Shown here: positions 49,001-60,769 of the stretch, one piece after another
How positions within the stretch are numbered: position 1 is the first letter of the stretch
Layout of the letters: each line of letters begins with the position of its first letter
DNA from: Eimeria praecox
Lineage: Eukaryota
Length of the DNA stretch: 64,000 bases
Direction: 5' to 3'
NCBI GenBank assembly: GCA_963920595.1
Contig: OY986948.1
Coordinates: forward strand, 4,960,001-5,024,000
The notes under the pieces: generated by a model
The model's database searches: none
What the model was told of the DNA's origin: nothing
Seen by the model: only the letters and a program-made list of their open reading frames with translations
Program-made: the position numbers and the translations under genes

Positions 49001-50200
49001 GGCAGATGGAAGTCAGCGTTTTGGTTTGAGGCCTCAGTCGTCCTGCGCCTGCGCGTGTGGGGGTTGTTCTAATTCAGGAGCCGGTGCGTGTTTGTCAACA
49101 CGTGTGTACACGTGTCTCTGTGAGGGCGTGGATATTGGGAGTGTGGTAGTTAGTAGAATGATGTGTATTTGAGTGGACGCTGCTGTGTGTCTAGTGGGTG
49201 TCTGGGAGGTGTTGTGGAGGGGAGAAGGGGCTGTCTAGGGTTTGGAGTTTGGGTATTGTTGGGGATGGGGCAAGGCTGAAAGAAGTCGGCGTTTTGGTTT
49301 GAGGCGCCAATCTCGTTGCGCCTGCGTGTGTGCGGGTTGTTCTAATTCAGGAGCCGGTGCGTGTTTGTCAACACGTGTGTACACGTGTTCCTGTGAGGGC
49401 GTGGATATTGGGAGTGTGGTAGTTAGTAGAATGATGTGTATTTGCGTGGACGCTGCTGTGTGTCTAGTGGGTGTCTGGGAGGTGTTGTGGAGGGGAGAAG
49501 GGGTTGTGCAGCGTTTGGAGTTTGGGTATTGTTGGGGATGGGGCAAGGCAGAAGGAAGTCAGCGTTTTGGTTTGAGGCGTCAATTTCGTCGCGCCTGCGT
49601 GCGTGAGGGTTGTTCTGATTCAGGAGCCGGTGCGTGTTTGTCAACACGTGTGTACACGTGTTCCTGCGAGGGCGTGGATGTTGGGAGTGTGGTAGTTAGT
49701 AGAATGATGTGTATTTGAGTGGAGGCTGCTGTGTGTCTAGTGGGTGTCTGGGAGGTGTTGTGGAGGGGAGAAGGGGCTGTCTAGGGTTTGGAGTTTGGGT
49801 ATTGTTGGGGATGGGGCAAGGCTGAAAGAAGTCGGCGTTTTGGTTTGAGGCGCCAATCTCGTTGCGCCTGCGTGTGTGCGGGTTGTTCTAATTCAGGAGC
49901 CGGTGCGTGTTTGTCAACACGTGTGTACACGTGTTCCTGTGAGGGCGTGGATATTGGGAGTGTGGTAGTTAGTAGAATGATGTGTATTTGCGTGGACGCT
50001 GCTGTGTGTCTAGTGGGTGTCTGGGAGGTGTTGTGGAGGGGAGAAGGGGCTGTCTAGGGTTTGGAGTTTGGGTATTGTTGGGGATGGGGCAAGGCAGAGG
50101 GAAGTCAGCGTTTTGGTTTGAGGCGTCAATTTTGTCGCGCCTGCGTGCGTGCGGGTTGTTCTGATTCAGGAGCCGGTGCGTGTTTGTCAACACGTGTGTA
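43060..50200 (+). repeat. Higher-order repeat, 13 monomers (3551 bp), 2 copies
   Basis: ORF pairs at +3551: 43154/46705, 43710/47261, 44599/48150, 44872/48423, 45691/49242, 46431/49982. Markers gtcggctttt, tgtcagggc, gaggccgtggaga. Confidence 0.95.
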
Positions 50201-53200
50201 CACGTGTTCCTGCGAGGGCGTGGAGATTGGGAGTGTGGTAGTTAGTAGAATGATGTGTATTTGCGTGGACGCTGCTGTGTGTCTAGTGGGTGTCTGGGAG
50301 GTGTTGTGGAGGGGAGAAGGGGTTGTGCAGTGTTTGGAGTTTGGGTATTGTTGGGGATGGGGCAAGGCAGATGGAAGTCAGCGTTTTGGTTTGAGGCCTC
50401 AGTCGTTCTGCGCCTGCGTGTGTGGGGGTTGTTCTAATTCAGGAGCCGGTGCGTGTTTGTCAACACGTGTGTACACGTGTTCCTGTGAGGGCGTGGATAT
50501 TGGGAGTGTGGTAGTTAGTAGAATGATGTGTATTTGAGTGGACGCTGCTGTGTGTCTAGTGGGTGTCTGGGAGGTGTTGTGGAGGGGAGAAGGGGCTGTC
50601 TAGGGTTTGGAGTTTGGGTATTGTTGGGGATGGGGCAAGGCTGAAAGAAGTCGGCGTTTTGGTTTGAGGCGCCAATCTCGTTGCGCCTGCGTGTGTGCGG
50701 GTTGTTCTAATTCAGGAGCCGGTGCGTGTTTGTCAAGACGTGTGTACACGTGTTCCTGTGAGGGCGTGGATATTGGGAGTGTGGTAGTAGAATGATGTGT
50801 ATTTGAGTGGAGGCTGCTGTGTGTCTAGTGGGTGTCTGGGAGGTGTTGTGGAGGGGAGAAGGGGTTGTGCAGTGTTTGGAGTTTGGGTATTGTTGGGGAT
50901 GGGGCAAGGCAGATGGAAGTCAGCGTTTTGGTTTGAGGCCTCAATCGTTCTGCGCCTAAGTGTGTGCGGGTTGTTCTAATTCAGGAGCCGGTGCGTGTTT
51001 GTCAACAAGTGTGTACACTTCTCGCTGTCACGACGTGGATATTGGGAGTGTGGTAGTTAGTAGAATGATGTGTATTTGAGTGGACGCTGCTGTGTGTCTA
51101 GTGGGTGTCTGGGAGGTGTTGTGGAGGGGAGAAGGGGCTGTCTAGGGTTTGGAGTTTGGGTATTGTTGGGGATGGGGCAAGGCTGAGGGAAGTCGGCGTT
51201 TTGGTTTGAGGCGTCAACCATGTTGCGCCTGCGTGTGTGCGGGTTGTTCTAATTCAGGAGCCGGTGCGTGTTTGTCAAGGCGTGTGTACACGTGTCTCTG
51301 TGAACGGCGTGGATATTGGGAGTGTGGTAGTTAGTAGAATGATGTGTATTTGAGTGGACGCTGCTGTGTGTCTAGTGGGTGTCTGGGAGGTGTTGTGGAG
51401 GGGAGAAGGGGCTGTCTAGGGTTTGGAGTTTGGGTATTGTTGGGGATGGGGCAAGGCAGATGGAAGTCGGCGTTTTGGTTTGAGGCGTCAATCGCTCTGC
51501 GCCTTCGTGTGTGCGGGTTGTTCTAATTCAGGAGCCGGTGCGTGTTTGTCAAGACGTGTGTACACGTGTCTCTGTGAAGGGCGTGGATATTGGGAGTGTG
51601 GTAGTTAGTAGAATGATGTGTATGTGCGTGGACGCTGCTGTGTGTCTAGTGGGTGTCTGGGAGGTGTTGTGGAGGGGAGAAGGGGTTGTGCAGTGTTTGG
51701 AGTTTGGGTATTGTTGGGGATGGGGCAAGGCTGAGGGAAGTCAGCATTTTGGTTTGAGGCGTCAACCTCGTTGCGCCTGCGTGTGTGGAGGTTGTTCTAA
51801 TTCAGGAGCAGGTGCGTGTTTGTCAACACGTGTGTACACGTGTTCGTGTGGGGGCATGGAAATTGGGAGTGTGGTAGTTAGTAGAATGATGTGTATTTGA
51901 GTGGACGCTGCTGTGTGTCTAGTGGGTGTCTGGGAGGTGTTGTGGAGGGGAGAAGGGGTTGTGCAGTGTTTGGAGTTTGGGTATTGTTGGGGACAGGGCA
52001 AGGCAGATGGAAGTCAGCGTTTTGGTTTGAGGCCTCAGTCGTTCTGCGCCTGCGCGTGTGGGGGTTGTTCTAATTCAGGAGCCGGTGCGTGTTTGTCAAC
52101 ACGTGTGTACACGTGTCTCTGTGAGGGCGTGGATATTGGGAGTGTGGTAGTTAGTAGAATGATGTGTATTTGAGTGGACGCTGCTGTGTGTCTAGTGGGT
52201 GTCTGGGAGGTGTTGTGGAGGGGAGAAGGGGCTGTCTAGGGTTTGGAGTTTGGGTATTGTTGGGGATGGGGCAAGGCTGAAAGAAGTCGGCGTTTTGGTT
52301 TGAGGCGCCAATCTCGTTGCGCCTGCGTGTGTGCGGGTTGTTCTAATTCAGGAGCCGGTGCGTGTTTGTCAACACGTGTGTACACGTGTTCCTGTGAGGG
52401 CGTGGATATTGGGAGTGTGGTAGTTAGTAGAATGATGTGTATTTGCGTGGACGCTGCTGTGTGTCTAGTGGGTGTCTGGGAGGTGTTGTGGAGGGGAGAA
52501 GGGGCTGTCTAGGGTTTGGAGTTTGGGTATTGTTCGGGATGGGGCAAGGCAGAGGGAAGTCAGCGTTTTGGTTTGAGGCGTCAATTTTGTCGCGCCTGCG
52601 TGCGTGCGGGTTGTTCTGATTCAGGAGCCGGTGCGTGTTTGTCAACACGTGTGTACACGTGTTCCTGCGAGGGCGTGGAGATTGGGAGTGTGGTAGTTAG
52701 TAGAATGATGTGTATTTGCGTGGACGCTGCTGTGTGTCTAGTGGGTGTCTGGGAGGTGTTGTGGAGGGGAGAAGGGGTTGTGCAGTGTTTGGAGTTTGGG
52801 TATTGTTGGGGATGGGGCAAGGCAGATGGAAGTCAGCGTTTTGGTTTGAGGCCTCAGTCGTTCTGCGCCTGCGTGTGTGGGGGTTGTTCTAATTCAGGAG
52901 CCGGTGCGTGTTTGTCAACACGTGTGTACACGTGTTCCTGTGAGGGCGTGGATATTGGGAGTGTGGTAGTTAGTAGAATGATGTGTATTTGAGTGGACGC
53001 TGCTGTGTGTCTAGTGGGTGTCTGGGAGGTGTTGTGGAGGGGAGAAGGGGCTGTCTAGGGTTTGGAGTTTGGGTATTGTTGGGGATGGGGCAAGGCTGAA
53101 AGAAGTCGGCGTTTTGGTTTGAGGCGCCAATCTCGTTGCGCCTGCGTGTGTGCGGGTTGTTCTAATTCAGGAGCCGGTGCGTGTTTGTCAAGACGTGTGT

Positions 53201-54185
53201 ACACGTGTTCCTGTGAGGGCGTGGATATTGGGAGTGTGGTAGTAGAATGATGTGTATTTGAGTGGAGGCTGCTGTGTGTCTAGTGGGTGTCTGGGAGGTG
53301 TTGTGGAGGGGAGAAGGGGTTGTGCAGTGTTTGGAGTTTGGGTATTGTTGGGGATGGGGCAAGGCAGATGGAAGTCAGCGTTTTGGTTTGAGGCCTCAAT
53401 CGTTCTGCGCCTAAGTGTGTGCGGGTTGTTCTAATTCAGGAGCCGGTGCGTGTTTGTCAACAAGTGTGTACACTTCTCGCTGTCACGACGTGGATATTGG
53501 GAGTGTGGTAGTTAGTAGAATGATGTGTATTTGAGTGGACGCTGCTGTGTGTCTAGTGGGTGTCTGGGAGGTGTTGTGGAGGGGAGAAGGGGCTGTCTAG
53601 GGTTTGGAGTTTGGGTATTGTTGGGGATGGGGCAAGGCTGAGGGAAGTCGGCGTTTTGGTTTGAGGCGTCAACCATGTTGCGCCTGCGTGTGTGCGGGTT
53701 GTTCTAATTCAGGAGCCGGTGCGTGTTTGTCAAGGCGTGTGTACACGTGTCTCTGTGAACGGCGTGGATATTGGGAGTGTGGTAGTTAGTAGAATGATGT
53801 GTATTTGAGTGGACGCTGCTGTGTGTCTAGTGGGTGTCTGGGAGGTGTTGTGGAGGGGAGAAGGGGCTGTCTAGGGTTTGGAGTTTGGGTATTGTTGGGG
53901 ATGGGGCAAGGCAGATGGAAGTCGGCGTTTTGGTTTGAGGCGTCAATCGCTCTGCGCCTTCGTGTGTGCGGGTTGTTCTAATTCAGGAGCCGGTGCGTGT
54001 TTGTCAAGACGTGTGTACACGTGTCTCTGTGAAGGGCGTGGATATTGGGAGTGTGGTAGTTAGTAGAATGATGTGTATGTGCGTGGACGCTGCTGTGTGT
54101 CTAGTGGGTGTCTGGGAGGTGTTGTGGAGGGGAGAAGGGGTTGTGCAGTGTTTGGAGTTTGGGTATTGTTGGGGATGGGGCAAGG
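49730..54185 (+). repeat. Higher-order repeat, 9 monomers (2455 bp), ~2 copies, carrying a 4-bp deletion monomer
   Basis: ORF pairs at +2455: 49788/52243, 50607/53062, 51149/53604, 51511/53966. The deletion form gtggtagtagaatg occurs at ~50781 and ~53236. Confidence 0.92.
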
Positions 54186-54269
54186 CAGAGGGAAGTCAGC
54201 GTTTTGGTTTGAGGCGTCAATTTCGTCGCGCCTGCGTGCGTGCGGGTTGTTCTAATTCAGGAGCCGGTG

Positions 54270-57200
54270 CGTGTTTGTCAACGCGTGTGTACACGTGTCT
54301 CTGTGAGGGCGTGGATATTGGGAGTGTGGTAGTTAGTAGAATGATGTGTATTTGAGTGGAGGCTGCTGTGTGTCTAGTGGGTGTCTGGGAGGTGTTGTGG
54401 AGGGGAGAAGGGGTTGTGCAACGTTTGGAGTTTGGGAATTGTTGGGGATGGGGCAAGGCAGAGGGAAGTCAGCGTTTTGGTTTGAGGCGTCAATCGTTCT
54501 GCGCCTAAGTGTGTGCGGGTTGTTCTAATTCAGGAGCCGGTGCGTGTTTGTCAAGACGTGTGTACACGTGTTGCTGTGAGGGCGTGGATATTGGGAGTGT
54601 GGTAGTTAGTAGAATGATGTGTATTTGAGTGGAGGCTGCTGTGTGTCTAGTGGGTGTCTGGGAGTTGTTGTGGAGGGGAGAAGGGGTTGTCTAGAGTTTG
54701 GAGTTTGGGTATTGTTGGGGATGGGGCAAGGCAGAGTGAAGTCGGCGTTTTGGTTTGAGGCGTCAACCATGTTGCGCCTGCGTGTGTGCGGGTTGTTCTA
54801 ATTCAGGAGCCGGTGCGTGTTTGTCAACACGTGTGTACACGTGTCTCTGTGAAGGGCGTGGATATGGGGAGTGTGGTAGTTAGTAGAATGATGTGTATTT
54901 GAGTGGAGGCTGCTGTGTGTCTAGTGGGTGTCTGGGAGGTGTTGTGGAGGGGAGAAGGGGTTGTGCAGTGTTTGGAGTTTGGGTATTGTTGGGGATGGGG
55001 CAAGGCAGAAGGAAGTCAGCGTTTTGGTTTGAGGCGTCAATTTCGTCGCGCCTGCGTGCGTGCGGGTTGTTCTAATTCAGGAGCCGGTGCGTGTTTGTCA
55101 ACACGTGTGTACACGTGTTCCTGCGAGGGCGTGGATATTGGGAGTGTGGTAGCTAGTAGAATGATGTGTATTTGAGTGGACGCTGCTGTGTGTCTAGTGG
55201 GTGTCTGGGAGGTGTTGTGGAGGGGAGAAGGGGTTGTCTAGTGTTTGGAGTTTGGGTATTGTTGGGGATGGGGCAAGGCAGATGGAAGTCAGCATTTTGG
55301 TTTGAGGCGTCAACCTCGTTGCGCCTGCGTGTGTGGAGGTTGTTCTAATTCAGGAGCAGGTGCGTGTTTGTCAACACGTGTGTACACGTGTTCGTGTGGG
55401 GGCATGGAAATTGGGAGTGTGGTAGTTAGTAGAATGATGTGTATTTGCGTGGACGCTGCTGTGTGTCTAGTGGGTGTCTGGGAGGTGTTGTGGAGGGGAG
55501 AAGGGGTTGTCTAGGGTTTGGAGTTTGGGTATTGTTGGGGATGGGGCAAGGCAGAAGGAAGTCAGCGTTTTGGTTTGAGGCGTCAATTTCGTCGCGCCTG
55601 CGTGCGTGCGGGTTGTTCTAATTCAGGAGCCGGTGCGTGTTAGTCAACACGTGTGTACACGTGTTGCTGTGAGGGCGTGGATATTGGGAGTGTGGTAGTT
55701 AGTAGAATGATGTGTATTTGAGTGGAGGCTGCTGTGTGTCTAGTGGGTGTCTGGGAGGTGTTGTGGAGGGGAGAAGGGGCTGTCTAGGGTTTGGAGTTTG
55801 GGTATTGTTGGGGATGGGGCAAGGCAGAGGGAAGTCGGCGTTTTGGTTTGAGGCGTCAATCGCTCTGCGCCTTCGTGTGTGCGGGTTGTTCTAATTCAGG
55901 AGCCGGTGCGTGTTTGTCAACACGTGTGTACACGTGTCTCTGTGAAGGGCGTGGATATTGGGAGTGTGGTAGTTAGTAGAATGATGTGTATTTGAGTGGA
56001 CGCTGCTGTGTGTCTAGTGGGTGTCTGGGAGGTGTTGTGGAGGGGAGAAGGGGTTGTGCAGCGTTTGGAGTTTGGGTATTGTTGGGGATGGGGCAAGGCA
56101 GAGGGAAGTCAGCGTTTTGGTTTGAGCCGTCAATTTCGTCGCGCCTGCGTGTGTGCGGGTTGTTCTAATTCAGGAGCCGGTGCGTGTTTGTCAACACGTG
56201 TGTACACGTGTTCCTGCGAGGGCGTGGATGTTGGGAGTGTGGTAGTTAGTAGAATGATGTGTATTTGAGTGGAGGCTGCTGTGTGTCTAGTGGGTGTCTG
56301 GGAGGTGTTGTGGAGGGGAGAAGGGGTTGTCTAGGGTTTGGAGTTTGGGTATTGTTGGGGATGGGGCAAGGCAGAGGGAAGTCAGCGTTTTGGTTTGAGG
56401 CCTCAGTCGTTCTGCGCCTGCGTGTGTGGGGGTTGTTCTAATTCAGGAGCCGGTGCGTGTTTGTCAACACGTGTGTACACGTGTCTCTGTGAGGGCGTGG
56501 ATATTGGGAGTGTGGTAGTTAGTAGAATGATGTGTATTTGAGTGGACGCTGCTGTGTGTCTAGTGGGTGTCTGGGAGGTGTTGTGGAGGGGAGAAGGGGC
56601 TGTCTAGGGTTTGGAGTTTGGGTATTGTTGGGGATGGGGCAAGGCAGAGGGAAGTCAGCGTTTTGGTTTGAGGCCTCAGTCGTTCTGCGCCTGCGTGTGT
56701 GGGGGTTGTTCTAATTCAGGAGCCGGTGCGTGTTTGTCAACACGTGTGTACACGTGTCTCTGTGAAGGGCGTGGATATTGGGAGTGTGGTAGTTAGTAGA
56801 ATGATGTGTATGTGCGTGGACGCTGCTGTGTGTCTAGTGGGTGTCTGGGAGGTGTTGTGGAGGGGAGAAGGGGTTGTGCAGCGTTTGGAGTTTGGGTATT
56901 GTTGGGGATGGGGCAAGGCAGAGGGAAGTCAGCGTTTTGGTTTGAGGCGTCAATTTCGTCGCGCCAGCGTGCGTGCGGGGTGTTCTAATTCAGGAGCCGG
57001 TGCGTGTTTGTCAACACGTGTGTACACGTGTTCCTGCGAGGGCGTGGATGTTGGGAGTGTGGTAGTTAGTAGAATGATGTGTATTTGAGTGGAGGCTGCT
57101 GTGTGTCTAGTGGGTGTCTGGGAGGTGTTGTGGAGGGGAGAAGGGGTTGTCTAGGGTTTGGAGTTTGGGTATTGTTGGGGATGGGGCAAGGCAGAGGGAA

Positions 57201-59060
57201 GTCAGCGTTTTGGTTTGAGGCCTCAGTCGTTCTGCGCCTGCGTGTGTGGGGGTTGTTCTAATTCAGGAGCCGGTGCGTGTTTGTCAACACGTGTGTACAC
57301 GTGTCTCTGTGAGGGCGTGGATATTGGGAGTGTGGTAGTTAGTAGAATGATGTGTATTTGAGTGGACGCTGCTGTGTGTCTAGTGGGTGTCTGGCAGGTG
57401 TTGTGGAGGGGAGAAGGGGTTGTGCAGTGTTTGGAGTTTGGGTATTGTTGGGGATGGGGCAAGGCAGAGGGAAGTCAGCGTTTTGGTTTGAGGCCTCAGT
57501 CGTTCTGCGCCTGCGTGTGTGGGGGTTGTTCTAATTCAGGAGCCGGTGCGTGTTTGTCAACGCGTGTGTACACGTGTCTCTGTGAGGGCGTGGATATTGG
57601 GAGTGTGGTAGTTAGTAGAATGATGTGTATTTGAGTGGAGGCTGCTGTGTGTCTAGTGGGTGTCTGGGAGGTGTTGTGGAGGGGAGAAGGGGTTGTGCAA
57701 CGTTTGGAGTTTGGGAATTGTTGGGGATGGGGCAAGGCAGAGGGAAGTCAGCGTTTTGGTTTGAGGCGTCAATCGTTCTGCGCCTAAGTGTGTGCGGGTT
57801 GTTCTAATTCAGGAGCCGGTGCGTGTTTGTCAACACGTGTGTACACGTGTTGCTGTGAGGGCGTGGATATTGGGAGTGTGGTAGTTAGTAGAATGATGTG
57901 TATTTGAGTGGACGCTGCTGTGTGTCTAGTGGGTGTCTGGGAGTTGTTGTGGAGGGGAGAAGGGGTTGTCTAGGGTTTGGAGTTTGGGTATTGTTGGGGA
58001 TGGGGCAAGGCAGAGGGAAGTCGGCGTTTTGGTTTGAGGCGTCAACCATGTTGCGCCTGCGTGTGTGCGGGTTGTTCTAATTCAGGAGCCGGTGCGTGTT
58101 TGTCAACACGTGTGTACACGTGTCTCTGTGAAGGGCGTGGATATGGGGAGTGTGGTAGTTAGTAGAATGATGTGTATTTGAGTGGAGGCTGCTGTGTGTC
58201 TAGTGGGTGTCTGGGAGGTGTTGTGGAGGGGAGAAGGGTTTGTGCAGTGTTTGGAGTTTGGGTATTGTTGGGGATGGGGCAAGGCAGATGGAAGTCAGCG
58301 TTTTGGTTTGAGGCGTCAATTTCGTCGCGCCTGCGTGCGTGCGGGTTGTTCTAATTCAGGAGCCGGTGCGTGTTTGTCAACACGTGTGTACACGTGTTCC
58401 TGCGAGGGCGTGGATATTGGGAGTGTGGTAGCTAGTAGAATGATGTGTATTTGAGTGGACGCTGCTGTGTGTCTAGTGGGTGTCTGGGAGGTGTTGTGGA
58501 GGGGAGAAGGGGTTGTCTAGTGTTTGGAGTTTGGGTATTGTTGGGGATGGGGCAAGGCTGAGGGAAGTCAGCATTTTGGTTTGAGGCGTCAACCTCGTTG
58601 CGCCTGCGTGTGTGGAGGTTGTTCTAATTCAGGAGCAGGTGCGTGTTTGTCAAGACGTGTGTACACGTGTTCGTGTGGGGGCATGGAAATTGGGAGTGTG
58701 GTAGTTAGTAGAATGATGTGTATTTGCGTGGACGCTGCTGTGTGTCTAGTGGGTGTCTGGGAGGTTTTGTGGAGGGGAGAAGGGGTTGTCTAGGGTTTGG
58801 AGTTTGGGTATTGTTGGGGATGGGGCAAGGCAGAAGGAAGTCAGCGTTTTGGTTTGAGGCGTCAATTTCGTCGCGCCTGCGTGCGTGCGGGTTGTTCTAA
58901 TTCAGGAGCCGGTGCGTGTTTGTCAACACGTGTGTACACGTGTTGCTGTGAGGGCGTGGATATTGGGAGTGTGGTAGTTAGTAGAATGATGTGTATTTGA
59001 GTGGAGGCTGCTGTGTGTCTAGTGGGTGTCTGGGAGGTGTTGTGGAGGGGAGAAGGGGTT
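54270..59060 (+). repeat. Block duplication at 3279-bp offset (12 monomers) enclosing a 3-monomer (820 bp) duplication
   Basis: ORF pairs 54346/57625, 54619/57898, 54893/58172, 55439/58718. Inner pairs 55986/56806 and 56259/57079. Markers ggagttgttg, gatatgggga, gtagctag. Confidence 0.87.
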
Positions 59061-59279
59061 GTCTAGTGTTTGGAGTTTGGGTATTGTTGGGGATGGGGCA
59101 AGGCAGAGCGAAGTCAGCGTTTTGGTTTGAGGCCTCAGTCGTTCTGCGCCTGCGTGCGTGGGGGTTGTTCTAATTCAGGAGCCGGTGCGTGTTTGTCAAC
59201 ACGTGTGTACACGTGTCTCTGTGAAGGGCGTGGATATTGGGAGTGTGGTAGTTAGTAGAATGATGTGTATTTGCGTGGA

Positions 59280-60130
59280 CGCTGCTGTGTGTCTAGTGGG
59301 TGTCTGGGAGGTGTTGTGGAGGGGAGAAGGGGCTGTCTAGGGTTTGGAGTTTGGGTATTGTTGGGGATGGGGCAAGGCAGAGGGAAGTCACCATTTTGGT
59401 TTGAGGCGTCAACCTCGTTGCGCCTGCGTGTGTGGAGGTTGTTCTAATTCAGGAGCAGGTGCGTGTTTGTCAAGACGTGTGTACACGTGTTCGTGTGGGG
59501 GCATGGAAATTGGGAGTGTGGTAGTTAGTAGAATGATGTGTATTTGAGTGGAGGCTGCTGTGTGTCTAGTGGGTGTCTGGGAGGTGTTGTGGAGGGGAGA
59601 AGGGGTTGTCTAGGGTTTGGAGTTTGGGTATTGTTGGGGATGGGGCAAGGCAGAGCGAAGTCGGCGTTTTGGTTTGAGGCGTCAACCATGTTGCGCCTGC
59701 GTGTGTGCGGGTTGTTCTAATTCAGGAGCCGGTGCGTGTTTGTCAAGACGTGTGTACACGTGTCTCTGTGAAGGGCGTGGATATTGGGAGTGTGGTAGTT
59801 AGTAGAATGATGTGTATTTGAGTGGAGGCTGCTGTGTGTCTAGTGGGTGTCTGGGAGGTGTTGTGGAGGGGAGAAGGGGCTGTCTAGGGTTTGGAGTTTG
59901 GGTATTGTTGGGGATGGGGCAAGGCAGAGGGAAGTCACCATTTTGGTTTGAGGCGTCAACCTCGTTGCGCCTGCGTGTGTGGAGGTTGTTCTAATTCAGG
60001 AGCAGGTGCGTGTTTGTCAAGACGTGTGTACACGTGTTCGTGTGGGGGCATGGAAATTGGGAGTGTGGTAGTTAGTAGAATGATGTGTATTTGAGTGGAG
60101 GCTGCTGTGTGTCTAGTGGGTGTCTGGGAG
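59280..60130 (+). repeat. 2-monomer (547 bp) local duplication
   Basis: ORFs 59344 and 59891 are identical. The marker gtcaccatttt occurs at ~59387 and ~59934. Confidence 0.8.
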
Positions 60131-60769
60131 GTGTTGAGGGGGGGAGAAGGGGTTGTGCAGTGTTTGGAGTTTGGGTATTGTTGGGGATGGGGCAAGGCAG
60201 AAGGAAGTCAGCGTTTTGGTTTGAGGCGTCAATCGTTCTGCGCCTGCGTGTGTGGAGGTTGTGCTAATTCAGGAGCCGGTGCGTGTTTGTCAAGACGTGT
60301 GTACACGTGTCTCTGTGAAGGGCGTGGATATTGGGAGTGTGGTAGTTAGTAGAATGATGTGTATTTGAGTGGACGCTGCTGTGTGTCTAGTGGGTGTCTG
60401 GGAGGTGTTGTGGAGGGGAGAAGGGGTTGTCTAGGGTTTGGAGTTTGGGTATTGTTGGGGATGGGGCAAGGCAGAGGGAAGTCAGCGTTTTGGTTTGAGG
60501 CGTCAGTCGTTCTGCGCCTGCGTGCGTGCGGGTTGTTCTAATTCAGGAGCCGGTGCGTGTTTGTCAACACGTGTGTACACGTCTCTGTGAAGGGCGTGGA
60601 TATTGGGAGTGTGGTAGTTAGTAGAATGATGTGTATTTGAGTGAAGGCTGCTGTGTGTCTAGTGGGTGTGTGGGAGGTGTTGCGGAGGGGAGAAGGGGTT
60701 GTGCAGTGTTTGGAGTTTGGGTATTGTTGGGGATGGGGCAAGGCAGAGGGAAGTCGGCGTTTTGGTTTG

